Assembly: GCA_951406725.2 (NCBI GenBank)
Contig: OX597829.1
Span: forward strand, 55,366,001 to 55,430,000
Length of the DNA: 64,000 nucleotides
DNA from: Octopus vulgaris
Taxonomy: Eukaryota
Reading direction: 5' to 3'
Shown here: positions 1 to 14,061 of the stretch, one piece after another
Position numbering within the stretch: position 1 is the first letter of the stretch
Layout of the letters: each line of letters opens with the position of its first letter
Translations under genes and position numbers: made by a program
The notes under the pieces: generated by a model
The model's input: only the letters and a program-made list of their open reading frames with translations
What the model was told of the DNA's origin: nothing
Database searches by the model: none

Positions 1-170
1 CTCCGGCGGGAGTGGGGGGGCGACCCCTGTTATACTCTTTCACCACAACTTTCTCTCACTTTCTCTTCCTGTTTCTTGAGTAACGCTGTGATGGACTGGG
101 TGAGGGGAAGACATACGCCACAGAAACCGGGAAACCGGGCCCATGAGCCTGGCTAGGCTTGAAAAAGGCA
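1..170 (+). mobile_element. Probable 3' part of another SINE
   Basis: GATGGACTGG..AGAAACCGGG motifs resemble V-SINE-type bodies; A-rich end. Confidence 0.4.
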
Positions 171-319
171 AAAGAAAACAAAAAAACATGCTGAGCACTA
201 TCATGTTTGTTTTATTTTTTGCTTTCTTTAATACATATATACAAACACATACACACATATTATATAAAATACATTTTAATTGAAATAAAGTTTCCCCAAA
301 ATTAAACATATCTAACATA

Positions 320-530
320 CTTTTCTACTCTAGGCACAAGGCCCGAAATTTTGGGGGAAGGGCCCAGTCGATTAGATCGACCCCAGTACGCAACTAGTAC
401 TTAATTTATCGACCCCAAAAAGACAAAAGGCAAAGTCAACATCGGCGGAATTCGAACTCAAAACCTAATCGTGGACGAAATACTGCTAAGCATTTCGCCC
501 GGTGAGCTAACGATTCTGCCAGCTCGTCGT
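320..530 (-). mobile_element. SINE family B (tRNA head, Meta-like core)
   Basis: Reverse complement of GAGCTGGCAGAATCGTTAGC...GACTTTGCCTTT..GGGGTCGATAAATTAAGTAC. Confidence 0.85.
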
Positions 531-1034
531 ATACAATGTAATAATATAATATTATATAATAAATATGAATGTCAGTGTGTCAGTGTGTCACACTTTTTCA
601 ATTTTACTCCTAGAGGCCGTAGCCCAACATACTATACCATTTTGGAATCAGGCTGACTCCATGAGTATATTAAAACATTCCGGGCTGAATCCGGACCCAC
701 AATCGTGGGTGACTTTTTGTAACAAGTTTTTTAGTACAATAACAATTTTTATAATTTAAAGGCTAACTCCGTGAGTAAATTAAAAACATTCCGGGTCGTA
801 TCTGGATCTGCAATCCTGAAATTTTGGATTCCTATCTTTTCATTTCTGCGATTGGTTTTTGCGATATTTTTTTACATGATTTTTTTGCAACGAATATTAT
901 CATCATTGGGATATGACTCTGGAGGAAGCAACAACAACAAATTCTATAAAGCAAGTCAGAGATCTGTTTGCAGATCTTCCCATTCAGGGTCAGTTGCTTA
1001 AAAGTTATAGTCCCTTTTTATCTTTTTTCTCTTT

Positions 1035-1405
1035 ATCTTGTCCCAGTCACTGGGTTGCGGCCATGTTGGGGCATTGCATTGAGTGGTTTAGTCGAATAAA
1101 TCAATCTCAGTACTTATTTTCAAAATCTGGTACTTTTTCTGTTGGTCTGTTTTGCCGATCGCTAAATTTGGGAGAGGAGATCAAACCAACACCGGTTGTC
1201 AAGCGGTGGTGATACGCACATACATAGGCACGCACGCATGCGCGCGCACACACACAACTTCCGTCTACCAAATCCACTCACAAGGAATTGGCCGACCCAG
1301 GGCTAAATCAGAAGACACTTGCTCAAAGTGCATCGCAGTGGGACTGTTACCCAAATCCACGTTTTTTTTGCTAAGCGGGTTTCCGAACCACAGTCATACC
1401 TGCGT
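1035..1405 (-). mobile_element. SINE family A (tRNA head, CORE-like domain, internal microsatellite), diverged
   Basis: Similarity to the other family A copies. Confidence 0.8.
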
Positions 1406-1554
1406 TTGTATGATGACCAGTATGGGACCGGAATCTTTTGCTGATGTCGATGGAAGCTGGAATGTTGTGTGTAGGAGCTTTTTGTGGCTAAAAAACACTC
1501 ACTGTACTTTCTAGAAGTGTATGCATCTAAGAATTACCTTAAGTGGTTCATTAA

Positions 1555-1862
1555 CCCCTTACCCGGCAGAAACGAATATATGCGTTTTGACCGAAATCGT
1601 TTTTTTCTATCTCTGGCGAGTTAACTCGTCAAAAGATAGACTCGCCAAAATCGACTGCAAACGAGTTCCTTCGTCTAAAAACGGGTTAACTCGTTTCTGC
1701 CCAAAGCGGTAATTTTAAATCAATATTATTGAATTAAAATTCATAATAAATAAGGTTTGAAATATACCTCGAAATCACCATTCAAAACATAGTAAAATAA
1801 AACAATTAAAAAATATGTCTGAAAAAATACATTTATTTTCAAAATAATTGTTGGGTAAGGGG
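1555..1862. mobile_element. piggyBac-type MITE
   Basis: TTAA|CCCCTTACCC ... GGGTAAGGGG|TTAA. Confidence 0.85.
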
Positions 1863-2159
1863 TTAACGTACATTAATATAAATCAATGATGGTGTGTGTG
1901 TCGAAGTGAACACCGTCGACGCGGGCAATTATTGAGTAGATTGGGACAAGAAGAGACCAACCGCATTTGGTAATCCTTTACCAACCAAACTTGATGGAGC
2001 CATTTATTGATAACAAAGAGAATTTCATGGCCGTCTCCAATTCGATTAAAGTAGATCAGTTATTGATATGTGACGTCGGTAAAAAAAATAGCATCCATGA
2101 GATCTGGTTCTGCTGATGCTGTAACCACGATCGCTCACAGAAAGAAACAGAATCAATTG

Positions 2160-2464
2160 GCACTCCGTCGGTTACGACGACGAGGGTTCCAGTTGATCCG
2201 ATCAACGGAACAGCGTGCTCGTGAAATTAACCTGCAATCGGCTGAGTGCTCCATAGACACGTTTACCCCTAACGTAGTTCTCGGGGAGATTCAGCGTGAG
2301 ACAGAGTGTGACAAGGCTGGCCCCTTTTTGAATTATAGATACAACTCATTTTTGCCAGCTGAGTGGAGAGGAACAACGTGAAATAGAGTGTCTTCCCACC
2401 GCCGGGAATCGAACTCAGGACCTTACGATCGGGAGCCGATTACACGAACCACTAAGCCACGCGG
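2160..2464 (-). mobile_element. tRNA-derived SINE family C
   Basis: Minus-strand GTGGCTTAGTGGTT (A box), GAGTTCGATTCCC (B box), AAGACACT.TATTTCACGTT..TCC core. Confidence 0.75.
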
Positions 2465-2672
2465 AGGTAAATGATACCCATCTTCGAAAAGCTATCAGTG
2501 AAAGTTATTGATCGATACGTAGAAAAGTTATTTGTGCGTAGGGAGGGAGGTGGGGGAACAGTTGTGTGTTTACATTAAGTTGATGGTGGTGGTAGTGGTG
2601 GTGGGAATTTCCTCGAGAAAAACTGTTAAAGAGTTTTATGCGAATATCGACCACTTAGAGAATATGTTGAGC

Positions 2673-2674
<2 letters not shown>

Positions 2675-2724
<50 letters not shown>

Positions 2725-2744
2725 GAGAGAGGGAGAGAGAGAGG

Positions 2745-2780
<36 letters not shown>
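2675..2780. repeat. (GATA)n(GA)n microsatellite
   Basis: Seen directly. Confidence 0.95.
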
Positions 2781-2783
<3 letters not shown>

Positions 2784-2998
2784 TGGAAGAGAGAGGTTAT
2801 TGACAGTAAGGATTAGTTGAAGAATTGTGAGTGGAATAAGTGTGAAATGTTATCAGGCGATGATATGCTATGGTGGTCAGCTATGGCAATGTGGGAAGCG
2901 AGTGAAATAGCAACTCGGACATGGGACAAACTTTGGTCTTCCAAGCATTGATTTCAATTGATGACGGTGTGAAACTTGCACCACCACAACCCCCATCT

Positions 2999-3137
<139 letters not shown>

Positions 3138-3362
3138 ATATTGATTTCAAGTTTTGACACAAAGCCAGCAATTTTTGGGGGTGGGAGTAAGTCGACTGCA
3201 TCGACCCCAGTGCTCAACTGGTATTTTATCTTTTGTCGACCTTGAAATGACGAAAGGCAAAGTCGACTCCGGTGGAATATAAACTCGGAACCGGAAGCGC
3301 CGGAAGAAATGCCGCTAAGCATTCAGTCCGACTTGCCAACGGTTCTGCCAGCTCGACGCCTT
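3138..3362 (-). mobile_element. SINE family B
   Basis: Same motifs; tail runs into (TAG)n. Confidence 0.85.
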
Positions 3363-3802
3363 ACTTACTGCTACAAGATATTGGTAATTGTCTGATAAGG
3401 TTGTATTCATAGCTTAATGAATTAGATTGAAATCGTTAAAGATGTCTGTGAGAGGACATTCACTTTGTCATCGTTCTCAGCAGTGAGAACATATTCGTCG
3501 CAGAACTGATTCAACGGCGATAGAGCTTCAACAGTTCCTTATCATAGAATTGCTGGAACAATTTCCCAAGGAATAATGACATTAATTTTCTTTTAAGATC
3601 ACGAACAGCTAATTAATTAGCATTCTTTATAGAATTTTTCTGCTAACATCATACATCCGTTATTAATGATCTATAACTTTTATCAGCATGGCCTTCAGCA
3701 AACGACCGAGGTCGCTTTATCTACCAGAAATAGCCGAATATATCACTAAAATAACATTCAACAGCCGTGGATAAAGAAGGATATATCAGTCAGTGTATTT
3801 AT

Positions 3803-3968
3803 GTGGCTGTCTGGTAAGTAGCTTGCTTATGCACCACATGGTTCCGGGTTCAGTCCCACTGCGTGGCACCTTGGGCAAGTGTCATCTACTATAGCCTCGG
3901 GCCGACCAAAGCCTTGTGAGTAGATTTGGTAGACGGAAACTGAAAGAAACCCGTCGTATGTATGTATA

Positions 3969-4037
<69 letters not shown>

Positions 4038-4243
4038 ATATGTGTTTGTCCCCCCAGAATCGCTTGACAACCGATGCTGGTGTGTTTACGTCCCCGCAAC
4101 TGAGCGGTTCGGCAAAAGAGACCGATGGAATAAGTACTAGGTTTACAAAAAATAAGTCCTGGGGTCAATTTCTTCGACTAAAAGAGGTGCTCCAGCATGT
4201 CCGCAGTCAAGTGATTGAAACAAGTAAAAACGTAAAAGAGAGT
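3803..4243 (+). mobile_element. SINE family A
   Basis: A box TGGCTGTCTGG, B box GGTTCAGTCCC, CCTTGGGCAAGT core, tail CAGCATG.CCGCAGTCAA.TGA.TGAAACAAG. Confidence 0.9.
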
Positions 4244-4330
4244 AACTAAACAGGGTTGCCATGGATGGAAGAAATTCGATAATAAATTTGTTTGATCAGC
4301 ATTGATCTGAGACTAAATAATAAAAGCAGC

Positions 4331-4333
<3 letters not shown>

Positions 4334-4363
<30 letters not shown>

Positions 4364-4486
4364 AAGAAGAAGAAGAAGAAGAAGAAGAAGAAGAAAAAGA
4401 AGAAGAAGAAGAAGAAGAAGGAGAAGGAGAAGGAGGAGAAGAAGAAGAAGAAGAAGAAGAAGAAGAACAACAACAACAAGAACAAG

Positions 4487-4518
<32 letters not shown>

Positions 4519-4525
4519 GAACAAA
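4334..4525. repeat. (AAG)n(AAC)n compound microsatellite
   Basis: Seen directly. Confidence 0.95.
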
Positions 4526-4627
4526 ATAAACAACAGCAACAACAGAAAATCAAACAATATCAATTACAACCACATTAACAAAATTATTTTGACTTAAAAA
4601 GAAACTCCTTTAAAGTTACATACATGT

Positions 4628-4820
4628 TGGTTTCAAATGTTGGCACAAGGCCAATAATTTCGAGGGGTGGGCTAAGTCGATTACATCGACCCCAGTACTC
4701 TAAAAGGATGAAAGGCAAAGTCGACATCAGCGGACTTTGAACTCAGAACGTAGAGGCGGGCGAAATGTCGCTAAGCGTTTTGCCTGGCGCGAAAACAATT
4801 TTGTCAGTTTGCCGTCTTGA
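4628..4820 (-). mobile_element. SINE family B
   Basis: AAAGGATGAAAGGCAAAGTCGAC..TTTGAACTCAGAACGTA. Confidence 0.8.
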
Positions 4821-5149
4821 GTGACATTCTTATTAAAAGATAGATTAAAAGAAAAGGTTTGAATTACAGAAAACACAACTTAATCATGACGTTCTACTTT
4901 GCACAGTCGGAAAGTAATATTATTTTTCAGTAGTTACATTTTAATTGAGTACTTTTATCGAATAGTAAAAGTACAACTCTGTGTGAATTGGATACAATTT
5001 TGTTTTGTTTCGGGTTTTGTATTTCCTATTGTATTGAAAGAAAGTTTGCTGCGTATTATTTGTGTAGTGTTTAGTAGAACTGATGCTATCTGCTAATTAT
5101 GTAAGTCTTAGGGTTTTGCTTATGTATTTGACTACAATGTTTATTTTTG

Positions 5150-5585
5150 ATATTATTATTATTACTACATTGCATTGCATCTCTCTTGGGTCGATAAATC
5201 AAAGTAACAGTCAAATAACGAGATCGGTATCACCAGCTATTTTCCCACCGCCCAAGGTTTCACGTCTTGTGATTGATATTAGAGACAATTATTGTCAGAG
5301 CGATGAGGGCGGTATTGCAGCAGAACTAGAGGGTGTTGCAACAGAACCAGAGGGTGTTGCAGCAAAATCAGAGGGTGTTACAGCAGAATCATTAACGTGC
5401 CGGACTAAATGCTTTGCGATATTTGTTCCGGCTTTTTTATGCTGTGAGTTCAAACTCTACCGATGTCAACTTTGCCTTTCATTCCTCTGTATTCGATAAA
5501 AATATGGTACCAATCGAGTATTGGGGGGTCAATATAATCGACTAACCTCTCCGCTAAATTTTGACCGAGTACTTTGTGTTAGGCA
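5150..5585 (+). mobile_element. Two degenerate SINE family B copies; the second has a triplicated 21-bp head segment
   Basis: Core motifs at about 5180 and 5465; CAGAA..AGAGGGTGTT.CA x3 at 5321-5385. Confidence 0.65.
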
Positions 5586-6875
5586 TTAATATCACTGCAC
5601 TCGCTTTGATCAGAAGAGAATTTTGTGTCAGAAAGCTTCACCAATTTTTAAAATTTTAAATGATTGTTTCTTGTTTTCTGTTTTGTCACAGACCAGGTGG
5701 ACACAGTGGACACTTGCTGTGTTCAATATTTTGTTGAGGTGAAAAATTGTCATCATTATTTATAAAAAAATATGGATTTCACCGAAAAAGTTGTAATAAT
5801 TTTGCATAACAGGTAAGCGAAGAAGAGAGGAAGAACGGAAAGAAAATGAATGAAGCCATATTTTGGCTGCCATGGTTACGAAAAACAGCATTGGTGTTAC
5901 AGTCAGTCTGATATGTTACTGCAAGACCAATGGTGTATTGCAAATGCCAGCAGTAGCAGCAGCAGCAGCAGCAGTACCGCAACCAGGAAACAAGAAAACT
6001 GACCATTATACCAGCACCAGCAGAAATTGCATCAACTTCACTGACAATCACGATTCATCTGCAAGCTTGACTGCCCAGAAGACGGTGTTTTATCATTGCT
6101 GCAAGTCAACAGAACAAGCGTTTGTTCACGGAGAGAGCCAAAGAGGCTGTCAAGAAATACAAAGGCGATATTGTGCCATGCAGTGACATATCTCTCCAAA
6201 CGACACGCATCAAAGAACACTGACGTACAAATGCCTCACCGCTGCAGAGTGATATCGTACCAGCCTCGGGCCTACAGATATTTGTTTTTCACCCCGACTG
6301 TTACAGTGGTCGACATGAATCTGCTTATAAGAACTGCTTAGCCTCATGCCACTTCCACTTCAGCGCTCTTGAAATACTCATCAATCCTCCTTTAGTCCCA
6401 CATGTTTTGAGTACCACTGAATCCTCCAAGTTTCCACACTAACCTCAGTCCTTCTTCCTAGAATTCCCTTTCTCTTCATGTTTTTCTTGCAACAGTCGAC
6501 TTTCAACTATCCAAGAGAAATATTCCACTATATCCATCTCACCACTCTTGGGAGGCCTGCAAAGTCTCTGGATGCAGCTATTTCCTGCAGCTCTTCGCCA
6601 ACCAGTCAAACACTTGAGAAACAAATCTGCCAAAACAGGAATCGAAACAATAACTACAGCGTCAGCAATACGAACATCAACAACAACAGTAATATAAGTT
6701 CTACAATCCAATCCCTTCCTTGGAAAGAAGTGGCATGGAATTTTTCAGTTTTTCTAACTTTATCCAAAGTAGTGGCAGTGAAACCGAATGCGGACAGAGC
6801 TCTGGGAGCCCTAATCTCCCATAGACAGCGGGATCTTCAACCAGCTTTCTATTATATTGTATATACACTCTTGCT

Positions 6876-7009
6876 GTCGTCGTCGTCGTAGTCCTCCTCC
6901 TCCTCCTCCTCCTCCTCCTCCTCCTCCTTCTTCTTCTTCTTCTTCTTCTTCTTCTTCTTCTTCTTCTTCTTCTTCTTCTTCTTCTTCTTCTTCTTCTTCT
7001 TCTTCTTCT
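6876..7009. repeat. (GTC)n(TCC)n(TTC)n microsatellite
   Basis: Seen directly. Confidence 0.95.
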
Positions 7010-7629
7010 GCTCCAGGTGGTCCTTAAGTGCCCTATAAAAATTCTAAAAAACGATAATTTGATACTTCTGTTTCCAATATATTTAATTCATAGTCAATTT
7101 CGTATTAATTTCACTAATTACTTTCATGTGAATTCAACGCCATTGGGTATTCGCGCGTTAAGCAAATTAAAGTAACTTATTGAGAGAAAAAAAAAATTGA
7201 AGAATGGTTAGATCTATGAAGTGTTTATTTGTGAGGTCAGTTATACACTTGAAAACTTTTAGGGTTCACAGGATAACATCCGTTTACTTATATGAATAAC
7301 AAACGTTCACACAACTTGTTCTGTGTGATATTTATTAGTTCGAATCAAAGCCACAATATCTTCGCCCATCGATGTTTATTGCAATTAAGTATTCTCATTA
7401 GCATAAATGTTTTTGTTTTTTTTTTAGTTATAAAGCCAAAACAAAGCAAGTTATAAAAATAATACAACTGGATTGTTTAATCTGGAATTTCAATATTTTA
7501 GAGCTAGGACACCTTCTTTAGGAAATCTTTGGAAAAATGTTGTTTGCTGATAGCACCATTTTCTCGAAGATTTCACGAAGGAGAAATATTGAAATGCAAA
7601 GGTTAATTACGAACTATCGACATGTATTA

Positions 7630-7934
7630 TTATCATCTCTTTATCACAGGCTTTGTTGAAACTCCTTGAGTCTTGCATGCGTAGCGGGCTTACCACCTGC
7701 AGCCTACGATCCCATGCTATTCGTTCTTTTCAGCTACCTAATACTTTCCTGATTATTCTGGCTGTGCCAAGGAGGCAAACCTTTTGTAACAGTTCTACTG
7801 GGCACTCTATTCTAATTTCCTATATATTCCCTTTGATGCCTTCTGATTCTGTTCCCAAGGACCCAACAATAATTGGCATTATCTTCACCTTCTTCATTTT
7901 CCATAGCCAGGCTATTTCGTACTTGAGAGGGTTG

Positions 7935-8013
<79 letters not shown>

Positions 8014-10720
8014 TCGTCTTTCTCCTTGGCTATTCGTGGGTCAAAGGGGCATGCAACATCAACTATATAACATATGTGGTGCACCTTATCCACCACCACT
8101 AGGTGCGGTCTGTTATGCTCTTGCACCTGATCTGTTTGGATTGAGAAATCCCAGGGGATTTTGCTAGTGTCCGACTCCTCCACTCTGCAATTTGTGCTCA
8201 TGCCATGTCTTGCCTCTCTCTAGCCCCCACTTTTCGCTCAGTTTCCAATGTAGCACTTTTGCTACCTGGTCGTCTTGCCACAATTTGTAGTGGTTTTGGG
8301 CATTCATTCGTGATATGGGCAATAGTTTCATCCACTCTATTGCAGATGCAGCACAGCAGAGACACTTGCTCATTCCTAAGGTTGACCCTTCAGTTCGTGG
8401 CCAGAGCTTGGTCCTGCGCTGCCAGGATTGTGCTTTCGGTCCCTCTTTTTAGGGTTCTTTTCATCAGCCAATCCTACCTGTTTTTTCCAGTAACTTCTGT
8501 TGTGGCTACATGGAACTTATTGTGTTGTCCCTTCTTGTGTAATTCTTCTTCATGTCCTTTTTGTACTTCTTCCTTTGTTTTCCCTGTTTTCTCTGCTTTC
8601 AATACGTCCTCGCTCCTAACTGACATTAGTAATTTTCCTTACTTAGGGTTAGATATCTTAGTAAGCTCTCGAGTTCGATACGCACGCAGTCTCCCACTTA
8701 TCAGTTTCCTTCCTCCATTTGCTCTCTTCATGTATAGGGGATCAGTGTCTGTACATGGATGATGGGCTCCATGCATCATTAGAATCTTCCTTGATATTTC
8801 CTCTCCATCTCCTTTAGCTCCTACTCCGTCCACTTCAGGATTCCAGCTCCATACCGAACTACTGCGACTGCGCCCAAGTTTATTGCCGAAATTATGTTTC
8901 GGGCATTCAGCTTTCAAGCCAATATTTTTCTCACTCACCACAGTTACTCTCTTTTTGTCTTTTCCTTCGTGTCGTTGTGTTTAATTCCATCTGCCTCAAA
9001 TATTCCCAGATGTTTATAACTGGAGTGAGGTTGAAGTGATTGCCTTCATCATTTCACTACTTGGCAACCATATGTCTCCTGTCCTGGCAAGCTTTCCTCG
9101 TCTCATCACCATCGTAGCACATTTTGAGAGCCCAAACTCCATCTTAATACTATTGGAGAAATCTGCACAGACTGAACTAGACTGTCCAATTCTGCCTCAG
9201 CTTTTGAGAATAGCTTCAGGTGGTCCATGAATAACAAGTGGTTTAGTTTTCCCTTATCTTTTCTCAGATCATACCCCAACTTTGCTTTTTTGTAGCATCT
9301 CACCCAAGAGGATCATTTCCAGCACGAATATCAGTGGGGACACACTGTCTCCCTAGAAGGTTCCTCTCTTGCTTTTCACCTCTCCAAGTACTTGCTTCCC
9401 TGCTGTCAATTCCGTTCTCCATTATTTCATGCTATTCCATATAAGACTTCTCATATTCCCTGCTACTCCATACATTTCCATTGTTCTTATTATCCAGGAG
9501 TGTGGTATCATATCGTATACTTTGTCATGCTCAGGTTTGTATTCTTCTCTTGCACTTCCTGATAATTAGATTATCAATTAAGAGCTGATCCTTCGTTCAT
9601 CGTCTCCTTTTTCGACACTTTCTGTTCAGCCTGCTTCTTTCCAAGTATCTGTACAGTTCGCTGGCCAAAGCACCTGACATCAGTTCTTTACATTCGCGGA
9701 AAGCATGTTATTGGTCTAAAGTTGGATGTAACATTTCCCCTTTTCAGGATCCTTGGAACATAACAATGGCTTTCCCTTTGTCATCCAGCTTGGCACTGCA
9801 CCTTCCTGCAAGCACTCATCTAGCTGTTGTGCTATCCTTTCATGGAATCCTCTCAGCTTCTTCATCCAATAACCTTGGACTCCATCCGGTCATGGATTCT
9901 TCCAATTTGGGAATTTTCTTAACTGCTTTTTAATCATTTCTCCAGTTATCTTTGTCTTCTTGGACTTCTATATTTCGTAACCTATCTTGGATTTCATGCA
10001 GCCACTCCGCTTCATAATTATGTTCTACAGGTTGGTCACAGATCCCTCTCCAGAATGCCCTGCTTTCTTATGCATCTGGTATCACTGTTATGTGTATTAG
10101 CCCATCTTGTTCCTGAAACAGTTTCTTTTGATTTGCTTCAAACAATCTGTTTTGCCTGAGCTGTCTTTTTCTATGGTCATATCTTTACAGTTTTGCTTTG
10201 TTTCAATTCTTCCAATATCACATCATAATCTTTATCTCTTATTCTATATTTCTTTCCAGCTTTATTCTTCTGCTTTCATTCTGCAATTCCCCTCTTCTCA
10301 ATCTATAAACTTGTCCTAGATGCCTTTTAAAATTTGTTTGTTTCTCACAAATTCGTTTACACCAGAATGGTTCTTTACGTTCTGTTTGTTCTTTTCTTTT
10401 ATATCCAACTCTCTCTGCAGCAACCGTAGCTGCAGCCCAAATAATCTTGTTTGTTTCAGTTATGTTCCTCGTCTGGTATAGTCCAAGAACTGAATGTATC
10501 TTTTCGGTTTCAACCTTGAGGTTCCGTCGGTCAATGTACTTCAGGTTGTTGGGTGCTTGATCCTGGTCTTCTCTAATATATCAGTACAGCATCCTCACTA
10601 TATCTTGTTGGTCGTCATCCTATTTCTTGTAATCTAGCTCTTCCTATTGCTTCTGCCTCGTTTGTTGAGAATGCATTTACATTTAGCCTGTGCTGCTCAA
10701 CCACAGGACACCTGCTGGGC
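7630..10720 (-). mobile_element. Degenerate non-LTR retrotransposon, R4/Dong-like (RT plus restriction-like endonuclease)
   Basis: Minus-strand motifs PDGVQGYWMKK, GDSVSPLIFVL, NHLLFMDHLKLF, ETIAHITNEC, HNRPHLVVVDK..IVDVACPFD, LLQKVCLLGTARIIRKVL; many stops and frameshifts; 3' end abuts a short TAA run. Confidence 0.9.
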
Positions 10721-10929
10721 GAAAGCCTTTCACCTTTATTTCTAATCTCATTAACACCATTATTTTATACATATATATAAGACATTTTCACTCAACAATG
10801 AGGTTTGTATTTTAAGGTTAGTAAGATTGTCAACCAAGACTGCAGAGCTCTTTCTACCCTTAAGTTGGGCTTTTTACCTTCGTATTTCTGTGTTTTGGGG
10901 ACCAGGATTTTGATTTTCACTAGGAGACA

Positions 10930-11154
10930 GGTGAGCGTCGGCATTTTGCCAGTGACAATGGACGTCACAAACACTGTAGGATGTTTCTTGGAGTTTCAAA
11001 CAAAAGAGTTCCTCTACGCCGGGATAATGGCACTTCAGCACCGCTAGAGAAAGTGTTCAATCATCGAGGGTGGCTATGTGGAAAAATAAATCATCAGAAG
11101 TCTTATACCATGTTTTGTTGTTTTGCGGCTCAATACTTTTCATACACTCCTCGT
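10930..11154 (+). mobile_element. Mariner 3' fragment with right TIR
   Basis: RHFASDN/DVTNTVGCFLEFQTKEFLYAGIMALQHR*RKCSIIEGGYVEK*; ends CATACACTCCTCG-TA. Confidence 0.7.
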
Positions 11155-11332
11155 ATATATATATATATATGTAACTCATATATCTCATATATATATATAA
11201 TTATATATCTCATATATAAATATATATATATATGTATATTTACAATTTATATATATATAATTTATGTATCAAATATATAATTATAGATATATATGTATAT
11301 TTACACACACACATATATATATATATATAATT

Positions 11333-11420
<88 letters not shown>

Positions 11421-11699
11421 CATACATATATACCAAAGTAAGCACATAAATGTGGAACAAGGTGAACGAACGGGAACGTGAAATATTATATATATATTAT
11501 ATATATTATATATATTATATATATTATATAATATTATATATCTATCTATTATGTATATATATATATATATCATGTATATATATTATATATATTCTGTTAT
11601 ATATATTATATATATATCATGTATATATATTATATATATTATATTATATATTATATATCTATCTATTATGTATATATATATTATATATATTCTCTTTCT

Positions 11700-12090
11700 C
11701 TCTTTTACTTGTTTCAGTCATTTGACTGCGGCCATGCTGGAGCACCGCCTTTAATCGAGCAACTCGACCCCGGCACTTATTCTTTGTAAGCCCAGTACTT
11801 ATTCTATCGGTCTCTTTTTTGCCGAACCGCTAAGTGACGGGGACGTAAACACACCAGCATCGGTTGTCAAGCGATGCTAGGGGGACAAATACAGACACAC
11901 AAACACACACACGCATACATATATACGATAGGCTTCTTTCAGTTTCCGTCTACCAAATCCACTCACAAGGCATTGGTCGGCCCGGGGCTATAGCAGAAGA
12001 CACTTGCCCAAGATGCCACACAGTGGGACTGAACCCGGAACCACGTGGTTGGTTAGCAAGCTACTTACCACACAGCCATTCCTGCGCCTA
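11700..12090 (-). mobile_element. SINE family A, young subfamily
   Basis: Near-identical to 20088-20492. Confidence 0.9.
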
Positions 12091-13426
12091 TTGTATATAT
12101 ATTATATAAGATATTGGTAAATATGAACATAAGGTTTTAGTTACTGATAAATGTATTTTATAAAAGGCGAAAGGATTTAAGTACGTATTTTAGGAATCTG
12201 TGATTAATATATCTTTAACATAATTGGTAGTCTTAATTTAATGATATTACGTATCAATTAAATAATGGTTCTAATCTTTATTAATTCCATTAAGTTTGAT
12301 CAGTTAACGCTGTCGCTTACCTTAATTAAGCTCATGCATATCTATTCACAGTATTATGGAAACAAATGTATTATGCACAAATATCGATGACGTAATATTC
12401 AGGTAATTTGTAAGCGATTTCGATTCCTTATTGTCTAATAGTTTTAGTGGGTTATCCTGAAGACAAGATAAACTACCCTCCATTAAATACAGTGTAAAAG
12501 GTGGTATCTTAGGATTATTATACTAATAATTATAACTATAAAGGTTAAGTAATTCTTAGTAGAGATCATATTTATATTAAAATATAAAATAGATGATAAA
12601 AATTTACTTACGTCCAAATTTTTATTTACGGGTAACTGCATTATATAAAGGTTAAATGATTTTAATTTACGCACAAATACGTAATGAAAATATTACATAC
12701 ACGTAACTATGGTTTAAAAAAAATTATCATTTAACTATAATTTCTAGATTAATTTCTATAAATATAAGCAACTTGGTGGCTAATAATAAATTTCTTAAGT
12801 GATTAAAAACTGTTAATGACATTTCGATCTATCATAAGTAATAGTCTAAATTAGGAATAATGTTTTTTAGCTTCTAGTTTAAAGTAATCGTATCGAAATA
12901 TCGTTTAAGCTAACAGACGGATATTTTGTTTTGTTTGTTTCAACACATTACACACAGGCACGCGCACAAATGCATTAAACAAGTTTATATTTACATATAC
13001 ACAAGTAACTGTGTTTTTAAATACGTTGGTTGCTAAAACGGACACATCTGAGTCTATCAAGGGTCAAACAACGCATCGGAATGTAGCTCTTTTCTATCAA
13101 ATTCTTCCCCTGATGACATCCGATATGGAAATATACTTTAATTCAATTTAATTTAATTTCTCAAATTGATTTAATTGGGCAAGGAAACAATTGTAGGTGA
13201 GATTGAGTTTGATGTTGTTCAGAATGGTACTATGTATATATATAAATTAATGTCTATATGTCAGTTTCTCCGTTTTCTTTTTCTCATACATTAAAAAATA
13301 GTATTACATTATCCATCAACGCGAAGCTAACATCTTTGGTTTTTCAGTGATACACTGGATAAAATCAAGAAACTTGGATGCTTGGATGCTGACACCTCTT
13401 TTTGACGATTTATATCCTTTATTTAG

Positions 13427-13790
13427 AGGAGTGGCTGTGTGGTAAGTAGCTTGCTTACCAACCACATGGTTCCGGGTTCAGTCCCACTGCGTGGCACCTT
13501 AGGCAAGTGTCTTCTACTATAGCCTCAGGCCGACCACTGCCTTGGGAGTGGATTTTGTATGGTAGATGGAAACTGAAAGAAGCCCATCATATATATATGT
13601 GTGTGTGTGCTTGTATGCTCCACCCCGCATCGCTTGACAACCGATGCTGGTGCTTTTACGTCCCCGCAACTTAGCCGTTCGGCAAAAAACTGGCGGTATA
13701 AGCACTAGGCTTAAAGAATAAGTTCTGGTGTCGATTTGCTCGACTGAAGGCAGTACTCCGGCATGGCTGCAGTCAAATGACTGAAAAAAA
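13427..13790 (+). mobile_element. SINE family A
   Basis: Head, core and tail all present. Confidence 0.9.
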
Positions 13791-13998
13791 AGATCAACAT
13801 TAAAAAGTGAACGATCAGTTTCCATGCCCAATGTTACAAACTGTCTGCAAGGGAATCTTTTAAAGGACGCAACCGATTTTAGCGGTGTAGAATATATTTA
13901 TCTTCTGTGAAAGAGGAAATATCTAGTCTCTACGTAGCACTATTGAGACCTCTAAATTTGTAATATAATATGAGTATGCTCCAAGTACATCCGTCGTT

Positions 13999-14061
<63 letters not shown>

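Noticed and set aside
5321-5385. Regularly repeated 21-bp units
   Set aside because: Tandem duplication within a SINE head; no unique spacers or cas genes, so not CRISPR.
10740-10925. Possible Penelope endonuclease end on the minus strand
   Set aside because: Too degenerate; no diagnostic motif.
13105-13140. CTGATGA-CAT..ATG-GAAA hammerhead-like motif
   Set aside because: Only a 3-bp stem II, no clear stem I and no second copy; could be chance or a very old remnant.
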